Positions 18,329 through 29,509 of a stretch of DNA of 64,000 nt are shown piece after piece. Under the pieces are notes generated by a model. It made no database searches. It was not told the origin of the DNA and saw nothing but the letters and a program-made list of their open reading frames with translations. Made by a program: the position numbers and the translations under genes. This DNA comes from Cenarchaeum sp. (GTDB lineage: Archaea; Thermoproteota; Nitrososphaeria; Nitrososphaerales; Nitrosopumilaceae). How positions within the stretch are numbered: position 1 is the stretch's first letter; each line of letters begins with the position of its first letter. The stretch spans positions 32,001-96,000 of the forward strand of contig CBDESU010000001.1 in NCBI GenBank assembly GCA_965242695.1, read 5' to 3'.

Positions 18329-19153
18329 CTACGATCCGCCCGCGCCCGAGTCAGCGCCGGCGCGCGCCGCCTCTGCCGCCTCGCCGCGCACGGCGCGGCG
18401 CCAAAGGGCCCCGAGAATGACGGCCGCCGACGCCCAGAACACGCCTACGCCGGCGATCGACGCGGCCCGGAACGCGGCCGTGTCGGCCGGCACGGCCTCT
18501 TGGCCGCCCGCCGGCCCGGCGGGGCCGAGATCGCCCGCATCCGGAAACGCGGCCCACGCGGCCGAGACGGCCGCGGCGTACGCCAGCACGGCGACGGCCC
18601 CTGCCAGGGCCCTCCTGCCGCCCCCGACCCCTCCGCCGGCGCGGCGCACCGCCACGTACAGGCGATGCGACCCGACGGCGGCGGCGCCGGACACGGCCAT
18701 GAGCCCGGCGTACAGCATCAGCCGCTCGTCGACCGTGTCCGGATCGCCGGTCGCGGGCAGCTCGGCAGGATACTTTGCAAACGGCACGAGGAACACCACG
18801 ACCCACATGATCCCTGCCAGCGCAAGCGCCTTGCCGATGTCGTGGCGGCCTGGCAGCGACGCCCTGGACAGGGCGTACACTATCCCGAACAGTGACCCGA
18901 ACGCGGCGCCGAGGATGGCGCCGGCAAGGACCTGCCCGCCCTTTTGCCACATCCTGTACTGCTCGTACTGCGCCCTGAACTCGACGGTGTCGGATGCCTC
19001 GCCCGACTCGAAGAGCGCCGTATTCTCGGCCTCTATTGCAATGTCCAGGAAGGGCTCTACCATGGCCAGGTTGGCGGCGCCGTGTATCGTTCCGGCCGCC
19101 GCGCCGGCCAGCACGATGATTCCGATGAGCGATACCTGCCTCAATCCTTCCAC
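18329..19153 (-). CDS. cbtA: Cobalt transporter CbtA family membrane protein
   Basis: EPFLDIAIEAE, PFAKYPAELPATGDPDTVDER; multiple TM helices; follows cbtB. Confidence 0.85.
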   Translation of the reverse strand: MEGLRQVSLIGIIVLAGAAAGTIHGAANLAMVEPFLDIAIEAENTALFESGEASDTVEFRAQYEQYRMWQKGGQVLAGAILGAAFGSLFGIVYALSRASLPGRHDIGKALALAGIMWVVVFLVPFAKYPAELPATGDPDTVDERLMLYAGLMAVSGAAAVGSHRLYVAVRRAGGGVGGGRRALAGAVAVLAYAAAVSAAWAAFPDAGDLGPAGPAGGQEAVPADTAAFRAASIAGVGVFWASAAVILGALWRRAVRGEAAEAARAGADSGAGGS

Positions 19154-19189
19154 CCCTCGCTCGTGGCCGCTGCCTGCACCCTCCGGATG

Positions 19190-19432
19190 CTAGTGGCACG
19201 GCATTCCTGCGGCGTGCCTCATGTCGTGCGTCAGCTCGTGCAGGAACAGCTCGTCAAAGGCGGCGGCCCCCTGGAAAATGCTGAACAGGTGGCCCTGGTC
19301 GAACCCTACGACGAACAGGCCCGCCACAAAGACCCCTGCAAGGGCGGCGAGCGCCCGCAGCGGCGGCCTAGCCTGCCGCGAGATGCTCGCCGGGCTGCGC
19401 GCCATGTCGGGGGGCCTCGTGCCGGCTTTCAC
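19190..19432 (-). CDS. cbtB: Cobalt transporter subunit CbtB
   Basis: GFDQG...LHELTHDMRHAAGMPCH C-terminal signature. Confidence 0.9.
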   Translation of the reverse strand: MKAGTRPPDMARSPASISRQARPPLRALAALAGVFVAGLFVVGFDQGHLFSIFQGAAAFDELFLHELTHDMRHAAGMPCH

Positions 19433-19787
19433 GGCGCGCGGCGCCGCGGGTCGTATTTAACTGCTTGGCGATCGGCATCTAGTGACCTCCGCATGAGCTC
19501 AGGTCCCCTACCTGTGTGACGCCTAGGCCGGCGTGGACCTGCCGGCATCTTGGCGGCGTACCGCATGGCATGCGTTCCGTCTAGGACGACAGGCAATGCC
19601 GGGCGATCGCCGAGTGGTTTGCATGAGGGCGGTGCAGGAGGGGCCGGATGCGGACACACTGCCGACGGACATGGGCTGGCGGCGCCGCACGGCGCCGGCC
19701 TGGGCGTCGTTCTGCGCCAGCATGATGCTTGATGGCGGCTGTTTGGCAGCGGAAACGACGGCTAGGAATGGGCGTTTGGCGGATCGG

Positions 19788-22406
19788 TCAAACCCCAGTC
19801 GGGGACGGGTCGTGGACCCCCGTCCCCTGGTACTGCGGCAGGTCTAGCCGAGTCGTCTTGGCGCCATGAACCCGGACTTCCGGGTCATCGGACTTGCAGG
19901 GGGGCGGTACGGACGGCTTGATCGGCACATGCCAGTTGCCAGGCCTTCGCCTTCGCCTCTGCGGGGTGCCGCATCGCCGCATGCTCGGCGGCGGAGGCTT
20001 CGGAGGGTGCCGCAGCCTGGCGGGTGCAGGACGCGGCGCACGCAGCAATCGCGGCATCGACCGGCGGCTGTCGGCGCGGAGGCGGATCGATGGAGCTGCC
20101 TGGGACGGAGCGGCCCTGCTCCAGTGGGCTTGCGATGCCGTTCGTGGCATTACTCGAGGGGCTTGCGGGGACTGCCGGGCATGCAGGGCGATTGCAACGG
20201 CCACGGCCTCTTGGATCCTCGCATCCGCGGCCGCGGCCTCCACGGCCCTGGCCGCCTCCGCGGCCGCCCTGATGCTCGCCTCCGCGGCCGCGGCCTCCAC
20301 GGCCCTGGCCGCCTCCGCGGCCGCCCTGATGCTCGCCTCCGCGGCCGCCCTGATGCTCGCATCCGCGGCCGCGGCCTCCACGGCCCTGGCCGCCTCCGCG
20401 GCCGCCCTGATGCTCGCATCCGCGGCCGCGGCCTCCACGGCCCTGGCCGCCTCCGCGGCCGCCCTGATGCTCGCATCCGCGGCCGCGGCCTCCACGGCCC
20501 TGGCCGCCTCCGCGGCCGCCCTGATGCTCGCATCCGCGGCCGCGGCCTCCACGGCCCTGGCCGCCTCCGCGGCCGCCCTGATGCTCGCATCCGCGGCCGC
20601 GGCATCCGCGGCCGCCCCTTTACCCCCGCTGCCGCCGCCCGCCCGGGCCGCCGCGATGCACTCGGGCGGCATCGGGCCGTCGAGGGGGCCCCTCCCAGGC
20701 CTTGCCGGCTTCCCGGCGCCACCCCACCGGTTCGGCGCGACCTGCCCGACCTTGAATATGTCGGCCGGGTCGGCGCCGCGGGCGAGCGCGACGAACGCCT
20801 CGTCGAGCGGAATGCCCTGCTTGTCGCACGTGAGTATGAACGAGAGTATGACCGAGAACACCCTTGCCCCCTCGACGGTGCGGAGCTGGTAGCGCACGTT
20901 GCGCTGCGCGACGGGCACGCGCCGCACGTCGCTCTCGCCGGGGTTGTTCGTCGGCGGCATGTCCTTGAACATCAGGAACGTGACCAAGTTCTTGGCCGCG
21001 TTCTCTATCTCGACGCGCGACGGGTGGCCCTTTGGCAGGCGCCCCGCTATGGCCAGCGCCCTCTGGACTATGGAGTCGCGCTCCTCCTCGGGCGCCGTGT
21101 CCATCCCGCTTACGCGCTCGTACAGGGAGCAGAACTCGTGGTACGCCAACCTGACGGCGGGATCGTCGCTTACGATGGCGGCCTTCTTGAAGTTGTTGAT
21201 GACATGGCGCCAGCACCGCTGGATCTCGCCGAGGATGATCTCGTACACCTTGTAGCCGTCGACGACGCCTGCCAGCTGGCGCGCGAACGCAAACTCCTCG
21301 TCGAATATGCCCTTGCCGCGCGAGGGGCGCGCCACGACCATGGCCGCGCACGCCACCGTGAGCAGCCACAGGTAGCCCTGCCTGCCGAACATGCGCATCG
21401 TCGTCTCGTCAAAGTGGCCCCATCCCGTGGACGTGAGCAGCCTTTCAAGGTGCTTCATGAACGGCTCGAGGATGCGCGCGGCCGCCCTGCGCCCGTTCCA
21501 CAGCGCCGAGGCGCACGCCGACGTCCCGAGCAGGCTCTCCAGGTAGCGCGACAGCTTGCGGTCCGTCGCGGCAAGCGCGTACAGGACGAGCATCTTTGAG
21601 AGCATGACGGGGCCGAACCAGGTGCCCTTCAGGTCCGGCGCGTCCGGCGCGCGCGACCACTCGTGGCACTTTGAGCACCACAACCTGCAGACGATCAGCT
21701 GCCACACGTGGACGCGCCCGTCGTCCTCGCCGATCTCGACGAACGTCTTCGACTCGGGCTGCTTGGCCTGGTGGACGTACGTGGCGCGGCCGCAGTGCAG
21801 GCACTCGAAGATGGGGTAGCGGACGACCTTTTCGGGCTTTAGGCGGTGCGAGGCGCCGGGGTGGCCCATGGGAGGGCCCAGCGCCGCATCGGGCCTGGGG
21901 CGCCCGCAAGACTCCGCCTGCTCCCTGTCGAACGCCTTGGCCAGCGGGTTGTACAGGGACGGCATGCCGCGCCGGCTGTTGGGCGTCTCGTAGTACTCGA
22001 GCCTCTTCTTGAGCTTGCGCACCAGCGCCTCCAGCTTGGCCAGCTTGGCAAGGTCCTTGGGGTTGTGGTTGCCCTTTATGGCGTCGATCTGCCACTTGAT
22101 CGCGTCGAGATCCCGCGACATGTCGTCTGCCGTGCGCAGGTGCTCGGCGCCGGCCTTCGAGATCTCGACGGCCATCTCCATGAACCTGCCTGCATCTTCC
22201 GTCCTGGCAATGTCCGCCCGGACCTTGTAGTCCTCAAACTCTGCCTTGAGCCTGTGGACCAGGCGGATCAGACTTGCGATCTCGGCGCGCAGCAGGGCCT
22301 TTTCCCTCCCATGCGCATCCGGCTCGAGCCGTATCCGGGTGACGGCAGGGCAGCAGGCGCACATGACGTCTATGCTCCTCCCGCCGTCCTTGTCGACATG
22401 TGGCAC
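19788..22406 (-). mobile_element. IS66-family transposase with a long Ala-rich repeat C-terminal extension (start uncertain)
   Basis: Coiled coil, Zn ribbon (CLHC, CSKC), HFDETTM, YLW, VVDGYKVY, QRCWRHV, PPTNNPGESDVR. Confidence 0.88.
20218..20610 (-). repeat. 57-bp tandem repeat (about 6.5 copies) encoding AAAADASIRAAAEAARAVE
   Basis: CTGATGCTCGCATCC recurs with period 57. Confidence 0.95.
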
Positions 22407-23339
22407 GCCCGCCTCTCTCCCCCTCTCGACCCGTCCGGCCGCGCTCCGCTTATCATCTGCCGTGTAAACAATTCTTAACAATCTTGTAAAAAACCTGTGA
22501 CTTGCTCTCCCGGGAGGCGCCGCCGAGGGCGGCCGCGCGCGGCCACATGGCCGCCGCCGTGCGCGGCTCCTGCCGGCAGCAGCGGCAGCAGGCTCAAGAA
22601 CGCCGGCTCGGGGGCCGCGCGGCCACATGGCCGCCGTCACGCGGCCTCAAGATGCCGGCGGAACGGGCCATGCCCTGGCATGCGCACTAGGCAGAGGGGC
22701 GGCGGCACGCCTAGGGAGGGGCATGCGGATGGGGGGGACCTGAGCTCATGCTGACCTCCACGTTGTTGCCCGCTCCACACGGCCGCATGTGATCCGCCGC
22801 CCTACCTCGGCGCATCGGGGCACCGCGCCGCCCCTAGCAGGGCCCTGCACTGATCGGCTCTCTGCATGGCGGCATCCCGTGGGCCCCGACGCGGCCGCTC
22901 CGGGGCCCCTGCGTGCGGGCTCCAGCCGCGGCGGGAAGGACGGAGGCGGGATGGAATCGCGCCGTCGCGGAGGCCGCCTGCGATGCATTGCCTGCGATGG
23001 CGAGCGGGGGAGGGGAGGGGGGGGGGGTGCCGCCGCGGCCGGTCGGCGCCAGATGATGCGACCACGGGGGGTGCCGCCGGCCGCGCTGCGCGCCCCGTGC
23101 GAGGCCCCAGCCGCCGGCCGCGAGCGACACCTCGACTTCCAGCCTGCACATCCCCGCGCCCGCGTCGACGACGCGATCGCACGGCCTGCGTGATGTTGCG
23201 CTGCGGGCTGGGCGTAACGGCCGCAATCGTGCCCCTGGCCGCGGCCGCTGGATCCCTGGGTCTGCGGCGCGGCGCCGGCGATGCAATCCCGGCACCGGCA
23301 GGCGCATGGGCTTATCAATGCGCCTAGGACGCCTTGCAC

Positions 23340-24709
23340 ATGGCTCCCCCCCGGCAGGTGATGGCCGGCGTCCCGCAGGCCGGGGCGAGCCAAAAGCTGC
23401 GGGTGCAGAGCACGGAGCTGACCCGCGTGACCCTGCGCAACTTCAAGGGCCATGAGGACCTGCGGCTCGACATGGGAAAGATCACCGTGCTGACAGGCCC
23501 GACGCGCTCGGGAAAGTCGACCGTCCTCCAGGCACTGAACCTGCTGAGATCGGCTCTCCGGGCAGGCAGTTTCGGCATGCTGGAGGGCGGCAGTCCAGAG
23601 TACGGCCACTTTGCGGATGTAGTCACCCGCAGGGACGACAGCCGCGACGTCGGCATTGCCGTAGAGGGGGCCCAAAAGATTCGCACAAGAGGGGGCGGCG
23701 ATGCGGCCGTCGACTTTGCGTACGACGTCTCGTTTGGAATCTCGCTGCGCCCCTCCAGCGTGCGCGCCACGGTCGACATGATGCGCGATCCGCCGCCGTC
23801 GACGGACGAAGGAATGCGGGTCGTGCACGTGTACGGCGCGGGTGAAAAAACCACCACCGTGTCCGGCACCGGGGCCACGGGGACTCGCCGGCTTCCGTGC
23901 CCGCAGACGGCGGGCTTGCGCCGCACATTGACATCAAGCTTGCAGAATGCCCCGCGACCCGTGCATTTCGGGACATGTTTAGCAACGGGGAGTTCTTCGA
24001 GTCCTTGCTGGGCGAGCTGTGGCACGTGCCCTTTTCAAGGGTCGTGACGTCCTACACACTCCCGCTCGAATACGCCGAGGACTTTTTGTCGCCAGACCGC
24101 ACGCGCGGGGCGGCATCGCTGGTCAGCCACATAAGTAGCGACCACTCTATCCAGGAGAAAATATCCGACATGATGCAGGAAATAGGACTCGGGAAGATAG
24201 TGGCCAGGAACGTGCCGGCCCCAAAGGGCGGGGGTGCGGAGCTTGCACTGGACTTTGTCGGGGACGACACGTTCAGCTCCATCGTGCACGAAGGATCCGG
24301 CCCAAACCAGCTCGTCAGCATGCTGGCAGTGCTGGCGTACTCGCCCAGGGGTGCCGTCGTAACCATCGAGGATCCCGAGATACACCTTGATCCGGCGGCC
24401 CAGGCGCGCCTCATGGGGATACTGGTGCGGCATGCGACGGAGGAGGACAAGCAGACAGTGTTTACCACCCACAGCGACCACCTGCTGTACCCACTGCTGG
24501 CATACGTTGCGAAGGAGGGATGCCCCCTTGCAAGCGGCGACGTCTCCATGCACTACTTCGACACAGACGGGTCGGGAAGAGTCGCGGGGGCCGAGCGCCT
24601 TGCCATAAACGAGCACGGGCAGATGCGGGGCGGACTCAGGGGGTTTTGGTACGCAGACGGCAGGGCGATGGGCGAAATCCTGGATCGTGGCGGGGACGGC
24701 CGTCGATGA
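23340..24709 (+). pseudogene. AAA_15/AAA_21-type ABC-like ATPase (DUF3696-like C-terminus), frameshifted at about 23846-23900
   Basis: First frame: LRNFKG...GPTRSGKS (Walker A). Second frame: EGSG, IEDPEIHLDP (Walker B/D-loop), TTHSDHLL. Confidence 0.8.
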
Positions 24710-24911
24710 AAGCGCCGGCGTGGATGCAATCGGAGGCAAGATGCCGCGCGGCAATCCTGGCAGGCGGCGACCTGCCCTGACCCGGGCCGCCAGATTCCGC
24801 CTTCCCCCATCTTGCCGGCACGGCGATCGCCAAAAAGCGCCGCGGCGCAGGGCGGAAGATCTGCACGGGGGGGGGGGGGGGGGGGCGTGGCTGTCCGTGT
24901 CGCTGCGCCGC

Positions 24912-27095
24912 CTATTGCACGCCGGCCCGCCTGCACTTTTCAAGCTCGGCCTGGTAGTCCTGCTCGACGCCGGCGGCCTCGCGCGAGTCGACGCCGATCT
25001 CGCACTCGCTGCGGGTCTCGACGTACCCCTCGGGCGCCGGCATGCAGATATCGCCGATCAGCGCGTACCCCTCGATGCCGCAGGGGTTGCCGGGGTCGCG
25101 GCGCGGCGGCTCGTCGAGCCCCTCGTGCAGCATCGACCGCACGCCGGCCCCGAACGGGTGGTCGACGACGCGGGCGCGCCCCGCATCGTCGTCCTTTAGC
25201 AGCCAGTCGAGCCAGGCGGTGGCAAAGTAGTTTCGCATCTGGTGCGGCAGGTGCACGAGGCCTCCGTCGTCGCGCACCCATCCGAGCACCTCGTACTCTT
25301 CCTGCGCGCCGCCGGGCTCGAGCGGCACTCGCATGCCCTTTGCCATGGAGCCGGGCGCGTCCAGCCCGTAGTCGTCGTCGACGGCCGTCGAGTGGCCCTC
25401 GTCGGCGAGCTCGACGAGCGCCTTTTCGGCGAGCGCCCGCTCGTAGGCGGCGCGGGCGACCGGCTGCCGGTTGTCGGCCGACGGCCATGCGCGCTCGATC
25501 TCGAGCGGGTACGTCTCGGATACGTCGCCGCCTGCTGCCTCGAACCACCTCAGGTGGATCTCGCGGAACACCATGTGGACGAACGCATCGTCCGAGCCGG
25601 TCACGATCAGGAGCGGCTTTGGCACGCCGTCGGGCAGGCCGCCGGCTGCGGAGCCGCCGTCGGGGATGCCGCCGTACGGCTCCCACCTCTTTGGCAGGCC
25701 GTTGTTGAACCCGACTGCCGCGTCCACGTACGGCACGAATGCGAGGGCCGACTGGACGGTCATCGAGCCGAGCGAGTGGCCCATCGCGCCGACCCTGTCG
25801 GCGTCGATCATGCCGGCTAGCAGCCCGCACGCCTCCTTTGCGCCGCCGTCCGGGGCGAGGGCCTCGAGGCACTCCTCCTCGGGCCAGTCCAGGGCGCGCA
25901 TCTCCGAGAGGACGGCCGACAGGTCGGCCGTGCGCTGCTCGAAGAGCGCGCCCATCATCGCACCCGCCTCGATCCCGCCGCCGGGCCTGGCCGAGAGCGA
26001 CCCGGGATCCGGCATCGCGCCGGGCGCTGCGGGGCCGCCGTACCCGTACAGCATCTCCATAAAGTTGGCAAACAGGCGCGATCCCGTCTCGGACGAGCGC
26101 AGCGCGTACGCCTCGGCCACGCCGTCCGGCCCTGCGGCTGCCGCAAAGGCCGACGACGGATCCTCGAACACGGGAGTGTTGCCGCTGTCCGAGGAATGGG
26201 CCACCGCGACGACGACGTATCCGTGGCTTGCCATGTACTCGGCCGCCTGGCTCCAAGTGAACAGGCCGCCGCCGAGGCCGTGGACCATCAGGACCAGGGG
26301 GAACGGGCCGTCCGATGCGGCAGGCGGCGCGCCGCGGTAGCTCTGGTATCCAAACGTCCGGTTCTCGAGGTGGGGGCCTCCTGCCGATGCGGCCAGCTCT
26401 GCGCTTCCCATGAACATGCCGAGCGCGGTCTGCCGCTCGCCGGACGCGGGGGCCCGCAGGGGCCCCGGGTGTATCGCTCCGGCCGCTGCGCCGCCGTCGT
26501 GCGGCCTCTCGACGCGCTTTTCGCTGGGAGGGGACGGGTAGTAGATGTTCGTGGCGGTCGTGCTCGGGTCGCCCGCCTCGGCTATGCGGGCGAGCATCTG
26601 CGAGTACTCGGCGCTCTTGTACTCGGCGCCCCACGCGTCAAACGGCCTCGAGTCGTCCCGGACAAAGTTTGGCACGACGCCGACCGCGTACGGGCCGGGC
26701 GCGTACGCCGACGATGCCGACGAGCCGGGCATGCGCGGGAGGGCGCCGTCATCGGGCGCACCGCCCGACCCAGTTCCCTGCGGCCCGATCGACCATCCCC
26801 TGGCCGCCAGCCGGGCGGCGGACTGCTCGGTGAGGCATGCCGGATCGCCCGACGTCCGGATCGCCAGCACGAGCGGCTGCCTGCATTCGACGTCGCGGGC
26901 TTCCGTTCCGCCGGCTACCTGGAGCAGCGGCGGCGGAAGGTGCCGCGTGTCGTCCCCGCCGTGCGCAGTGGCCTCGGCCGCGGGCAGGGGGAATGCGAGG
27001 GCCGTAAGGGATGCGGCCGCCACCGCGACGACGACGACCGCCGCCGCTGCGCAGACCTGCCTGGGGACCGCCGCGCCGCGCCGCGTAGTGATCAC
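24912..27095 (-). CDS. Secreted alpha/beta hydrolase (PAF-acetylhydrolase/dienelactone-hydrolase-like)
   Basis: Signal peptide; FPLVLMVHGLGG, MASHGYVVVAVAH, GAMGHSLG nucleophile elbow, PLLIVTGSDD, EGHS. Confidence 0.85.
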   Translation of the reverse strand: MITTRRGAAVPRQVCAAAAVVVVAVAAASLTALAFPLPAAEATAHGGDDTRHLPPPLLQVAGGTEARDVECRQPLVLAIRTSGDPACLTEQSAARLAARGWSIGPQGTGSGGAPDDGALPRMPGSSASSAYAPGPYAVGVVPNFVRDDSRPFDAWGAEYKSAEYSQMLARIAEAGDPSTTATNIYYPSPPSEKRVERPHDGGAAAGAIHPGPLRAPASGERQTALGMFMGSAELAASAGGPHLENRTFGYQSYRGAPPAASDGPFPLVLMVHGLGGGLFTWSQAAEYMASHGYVVVAVAHSSDSGNTPVFEDPSSAFAAAAGPDGVAEAYALRSSETGSRLFANFMEMLYGYGGPAAPGAMPDPGSLSARPGGGIEAGAMMGALFEQRTADLSAVLSEMRALDWPEEECLEALAPDGGAKEACGLLAGMIDADRVGAMGHSLGSMTVQSALAFVPYVDAAVGFNNGLPKRWEPYGGIPDGGSAAGGLPDGVPKPLLIVTGSDDAFVHMVFREIHLRWFEAAGGDVSETYPLEIERAWPSADNRQPVARAAYERALAEKALVELADEGHSTAVDDDYGLDAPGSMAKGMRVPLEPGGAQEEYEVLGWVRDDGGLVHLPHQMRNYFATAWLDWLLKDDDAGRARVVDHPFGAGVRSMLHEGLDEPPRRDPGNPCGIEGYALIGDICMPAPEGYVETRSECEIGVDSREAAGVEQDYQAELEKCRRAGVQ

Positions 27096-27351
27096 GGCCC
27101 GAGCACCGCGCCGGCCCATAAATCGATTTGCGGGGCGCGCGATCGGGCACAGGCCGCTCGCCGCCTGCGCGCCGCGCAGCGACTCCATATCCGGGCGTGG
27201 TTTGCCTCCGACCCTCCTGCGCCGGCGGCGCACGGGATGGGCCGGCACGCGGCCCGCCGCACTTGGTTAGAGGCATGCCTCTGTCCCGCCCGGCCCTGCT
27301 CCGCGCCCCCTGCCGCCAAGACTTTTAGCGGAACCGCAGCGCCTGCCCGCC

Positions 27352-28041
27352 ATGATGCAGTACGCGGCGCTGGCAGCCTCGGCGGCCGCCGGCGCGGCAG
27401 CGGCCCTGGCGATCGTCGCGATCCTCGCCCCGGGATCCGGCACGGCTCCCGCTGCAGACGTGCCGCCGCCGCTATTGTCCGCGTCCGCCCTCTCCTCGGG
27501 CGGCTCGCCGCCGCTCGGCGACCCGTCGGCGCCGCTGACCATACTCGAGTGGGGCGACTACCAGTGCACGTACTGCTACCGCTTCCACCAAGAGACGCTC
27601 GGCACAATAAAGGAGCGGTACGTCGAGACGGGCCGCGCAAAGCTCGTCTTCAAGGACTTTCCGCTCAACGGCCCCGACTCCGCCCTGGCCGCCGAGGCGA
27701 CGCACTGCGCCGCCGAGCAGGGCATGTACTGGGAGTACCACGACGCGCTGTACGGCAGCTGGGAGGGCGAGCGGACCGGCTGGATCACGCGCGGATCGCT
27801 AGAGCGGATAGCCGGCGAGGCGGGGCTTGACGCCGGAAGGCTCGCATCCTGCCTCGACGAGGGGACGCACCGCGGGACGGTCGCCGCCCTCGAGCGGGCC
27901 GGCGCGGCGATCGGCGTCGATGCCACTCCGTCCTTCTTCATATTCGACGGAGAGCAGTTCGTAAAGATACGCGGCAACCTCCCGCTCGAGACGTTCGAGG
28001 ATGCGATCGCCGCCGTCGAGGGCGGCGGGCCGCCGGCCTGA
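27352..28041 (+). CDS. DsbA/thioredoxin-like membrane-anchored oxidoreductase
   Basis: LGDPSAPLTILEWGDYQCTYC, GVDATPSF. Confidence 0.92.
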   Translation: MMQYAALAASAAAGAAAALAIVAILAPGSGTAPAADVPPPLLSASALSSGGSPPLGDPSAPLTILEWGDYQCTYCYRFHQETLGTIKERYVETGRAKLVFKDFPLNGPDSALAAEATHCAAEQGMYWEYHDALYGSWEGERTGWITRGSLERIAGEAGLDAGRLASCLDEGTHRGTVAALERAGAAIGVDATPSFFIFDGEQFVKIRGNLPLETFEDAIAAVEGGGPPA

Positions 28042-28222
28042 GCTTCCTGAGGGCGGTCCACTGCCGGCGCTGCCGCCGGCCGCAGGCGCCCCGCTGCGGG
28101 GCCGCCGCATGCGTACGCTCCGGCGCTCGGCCGGGAGGGGCGGCATGCGGCCCGCACCGGCCGCGGCGGGCGCCGCCGCGCCGCCGCAAGGGTGATATTG
28201 GGGGCGCGCCGGGCGCGCCCCG

Positions 28223-29509
28223 ATGAAAAAGATAGCAGTCGAGCGGCAGGACTCTGTAAAGCTCTACCGCACGCGCCGCATGCTCGACAAGCTCGCCGAC
28301 ATATCCGGCCGCGGCACCGAGCTGATCAGCGTGTACGTGCCAAAGGGCAAGCAGCTGCACGAGGTCATCGGCACGCTGCGCGAGGAGCAGGGCACGGCCG
28401 ACAACATAAAGTCCGACCTCACGCGCACGCACGTCGTCGACTCGCTCGCAAAGGCGATCCAGCGCCTGCGCATGTACAAGCGCACGCCCGAGCGCGGACT
28501 GGTCGTGTTCTGCGGCGCCCTCCAGCCCGAGGGCGGCGGCCCGATCGGCAGCGAGACGGTCCGAGCCTTCGAGATCGACCCGCCGCGCGACCTGCACACG
28601 TTCCTGTACAGGTGCGACGACCACTTCCACGTCGACATACTAAAGGACATGCTGCGCGACGACAACCTTGTCGGCTTCCTTGCCATCGACGCAAAGGACG
28701 CCGGCCTCGGGCTGCTCCACGGCGACCGCGTCGAGATACTCGGCGAGACCGGCTCGGGCGTGTCAGGCAAGCACAGGCAGGGCGGGCAGTCGGCCAAGCG
28801 CTTCCAAAAGCTGCGCGAGATGGAGCTGACGTACTACTACAACCGGATCGGCGCGCTCACGCGCGAGTACTTTGTCGACATACACAAGATAAAGGGGCTG
28901 ATCGTGTCCGGGCCGGGGCCCACAAAAGAGGACTTTGTAAAGGGCGGCTACCTCGAGTACCGCCTGCAGAACATGATAATCGCGACGCTCGACACGTCGT
29001 ACGCCGGGGCCGAGGGCGTGCACGAGGCGTTCAAGAAGGCAGGCGATGCGCTGTCGGGCTTCCGCATGGTCGAGGAAAAGGGCCTTATCGACAGGCTGTT
29101 CTCCGAGATCAACTCGCACTCGGGGCTCGGCGCGTACGGCCTCTCCGAGGTCGTCGGGCTGCTGCGCAACAACGTAGTCGACACGCTGCTCGTGACCGAC
29201 ACGGCCGACACGCACCGCGTGGCCGTCTCGTGCAGGCGATGCGGCAGGGAGGGCGAGGAGTTCGTTCCCCGCGCCGACGTCATGGCCGCCAAGGCGCGCG
29301 CCGCGTCGGGCCCATGCCCGGGCTGCGGCGCGACGTCGGACACGTCCGTCGCAGAGCGCGACCTCGTAGACTACCTCTCGCTCGTGGCCGCCGAGCGGGG
29401 AACGCGCGTCGAGGTGGTGTCGGGAAGGGCCGAGCACGGCCTAATGCTCGGCAGCCTGGGAAACGTCGGGGCCATACTGCGGTACAATCCGGGCCACTCT
29501 AGGGCGTAG
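28223..29509 (+). CDS. prf1: Peptide chain release factor aRF1
   Basis: GRGTELISVY, NIKS, YRCDDHF, KHRQGGQSAKRF; C-terminal Zn ribbon. Confidence 0.97.
   Translation: MKKIAVERQDSVKLYRTRRMLDKLADISGRGTELISVYVPKGKQLHEVIGTLREEQGTADNIKSDLTRTHVVDSLAKAIQRLRMYKRTPERGLVVFCGALQPEGGGPIGSETVRAFEIDPPRDLHTFLYRCDDHFHVDILKDMLRDDNLVGFLAIDAKDAGLGLLHGDRVEILGETGSGVSGKHRQGGQSAKRFQKLREMELTYYYNRIGALTREYFVDIHKIKGLIVSGPGPTKEDFVKGGYLEYRLQNMIIATLDTSYAGAEGVHEAFKKAGDALSGFRMVEEKGLIDRLFSEINSHSGLGAYGLSEVVGLLRNNVVDTLLVTDTADTHRVAVSCRRCGREGEEFVPRADVMAAKARAASGPCPGCGATSDTSVAERDLVDYLSLVAAERGTRVEVVSGRAEHGLMLGSLGNVGAILRYNPGHSRA

Noticed and set aside
19460-19780. Cobalamin riboswitch upstream of cbtBA
   Set aside because: The TATA box lies directly before cbtB, leaving no leader, and no B12-box consensus is seen
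22440-22760. IS66 terminal inverted repeats
   Set aside because: Could not match a GTAA-type end pair or an 8-bp target duplication by eye
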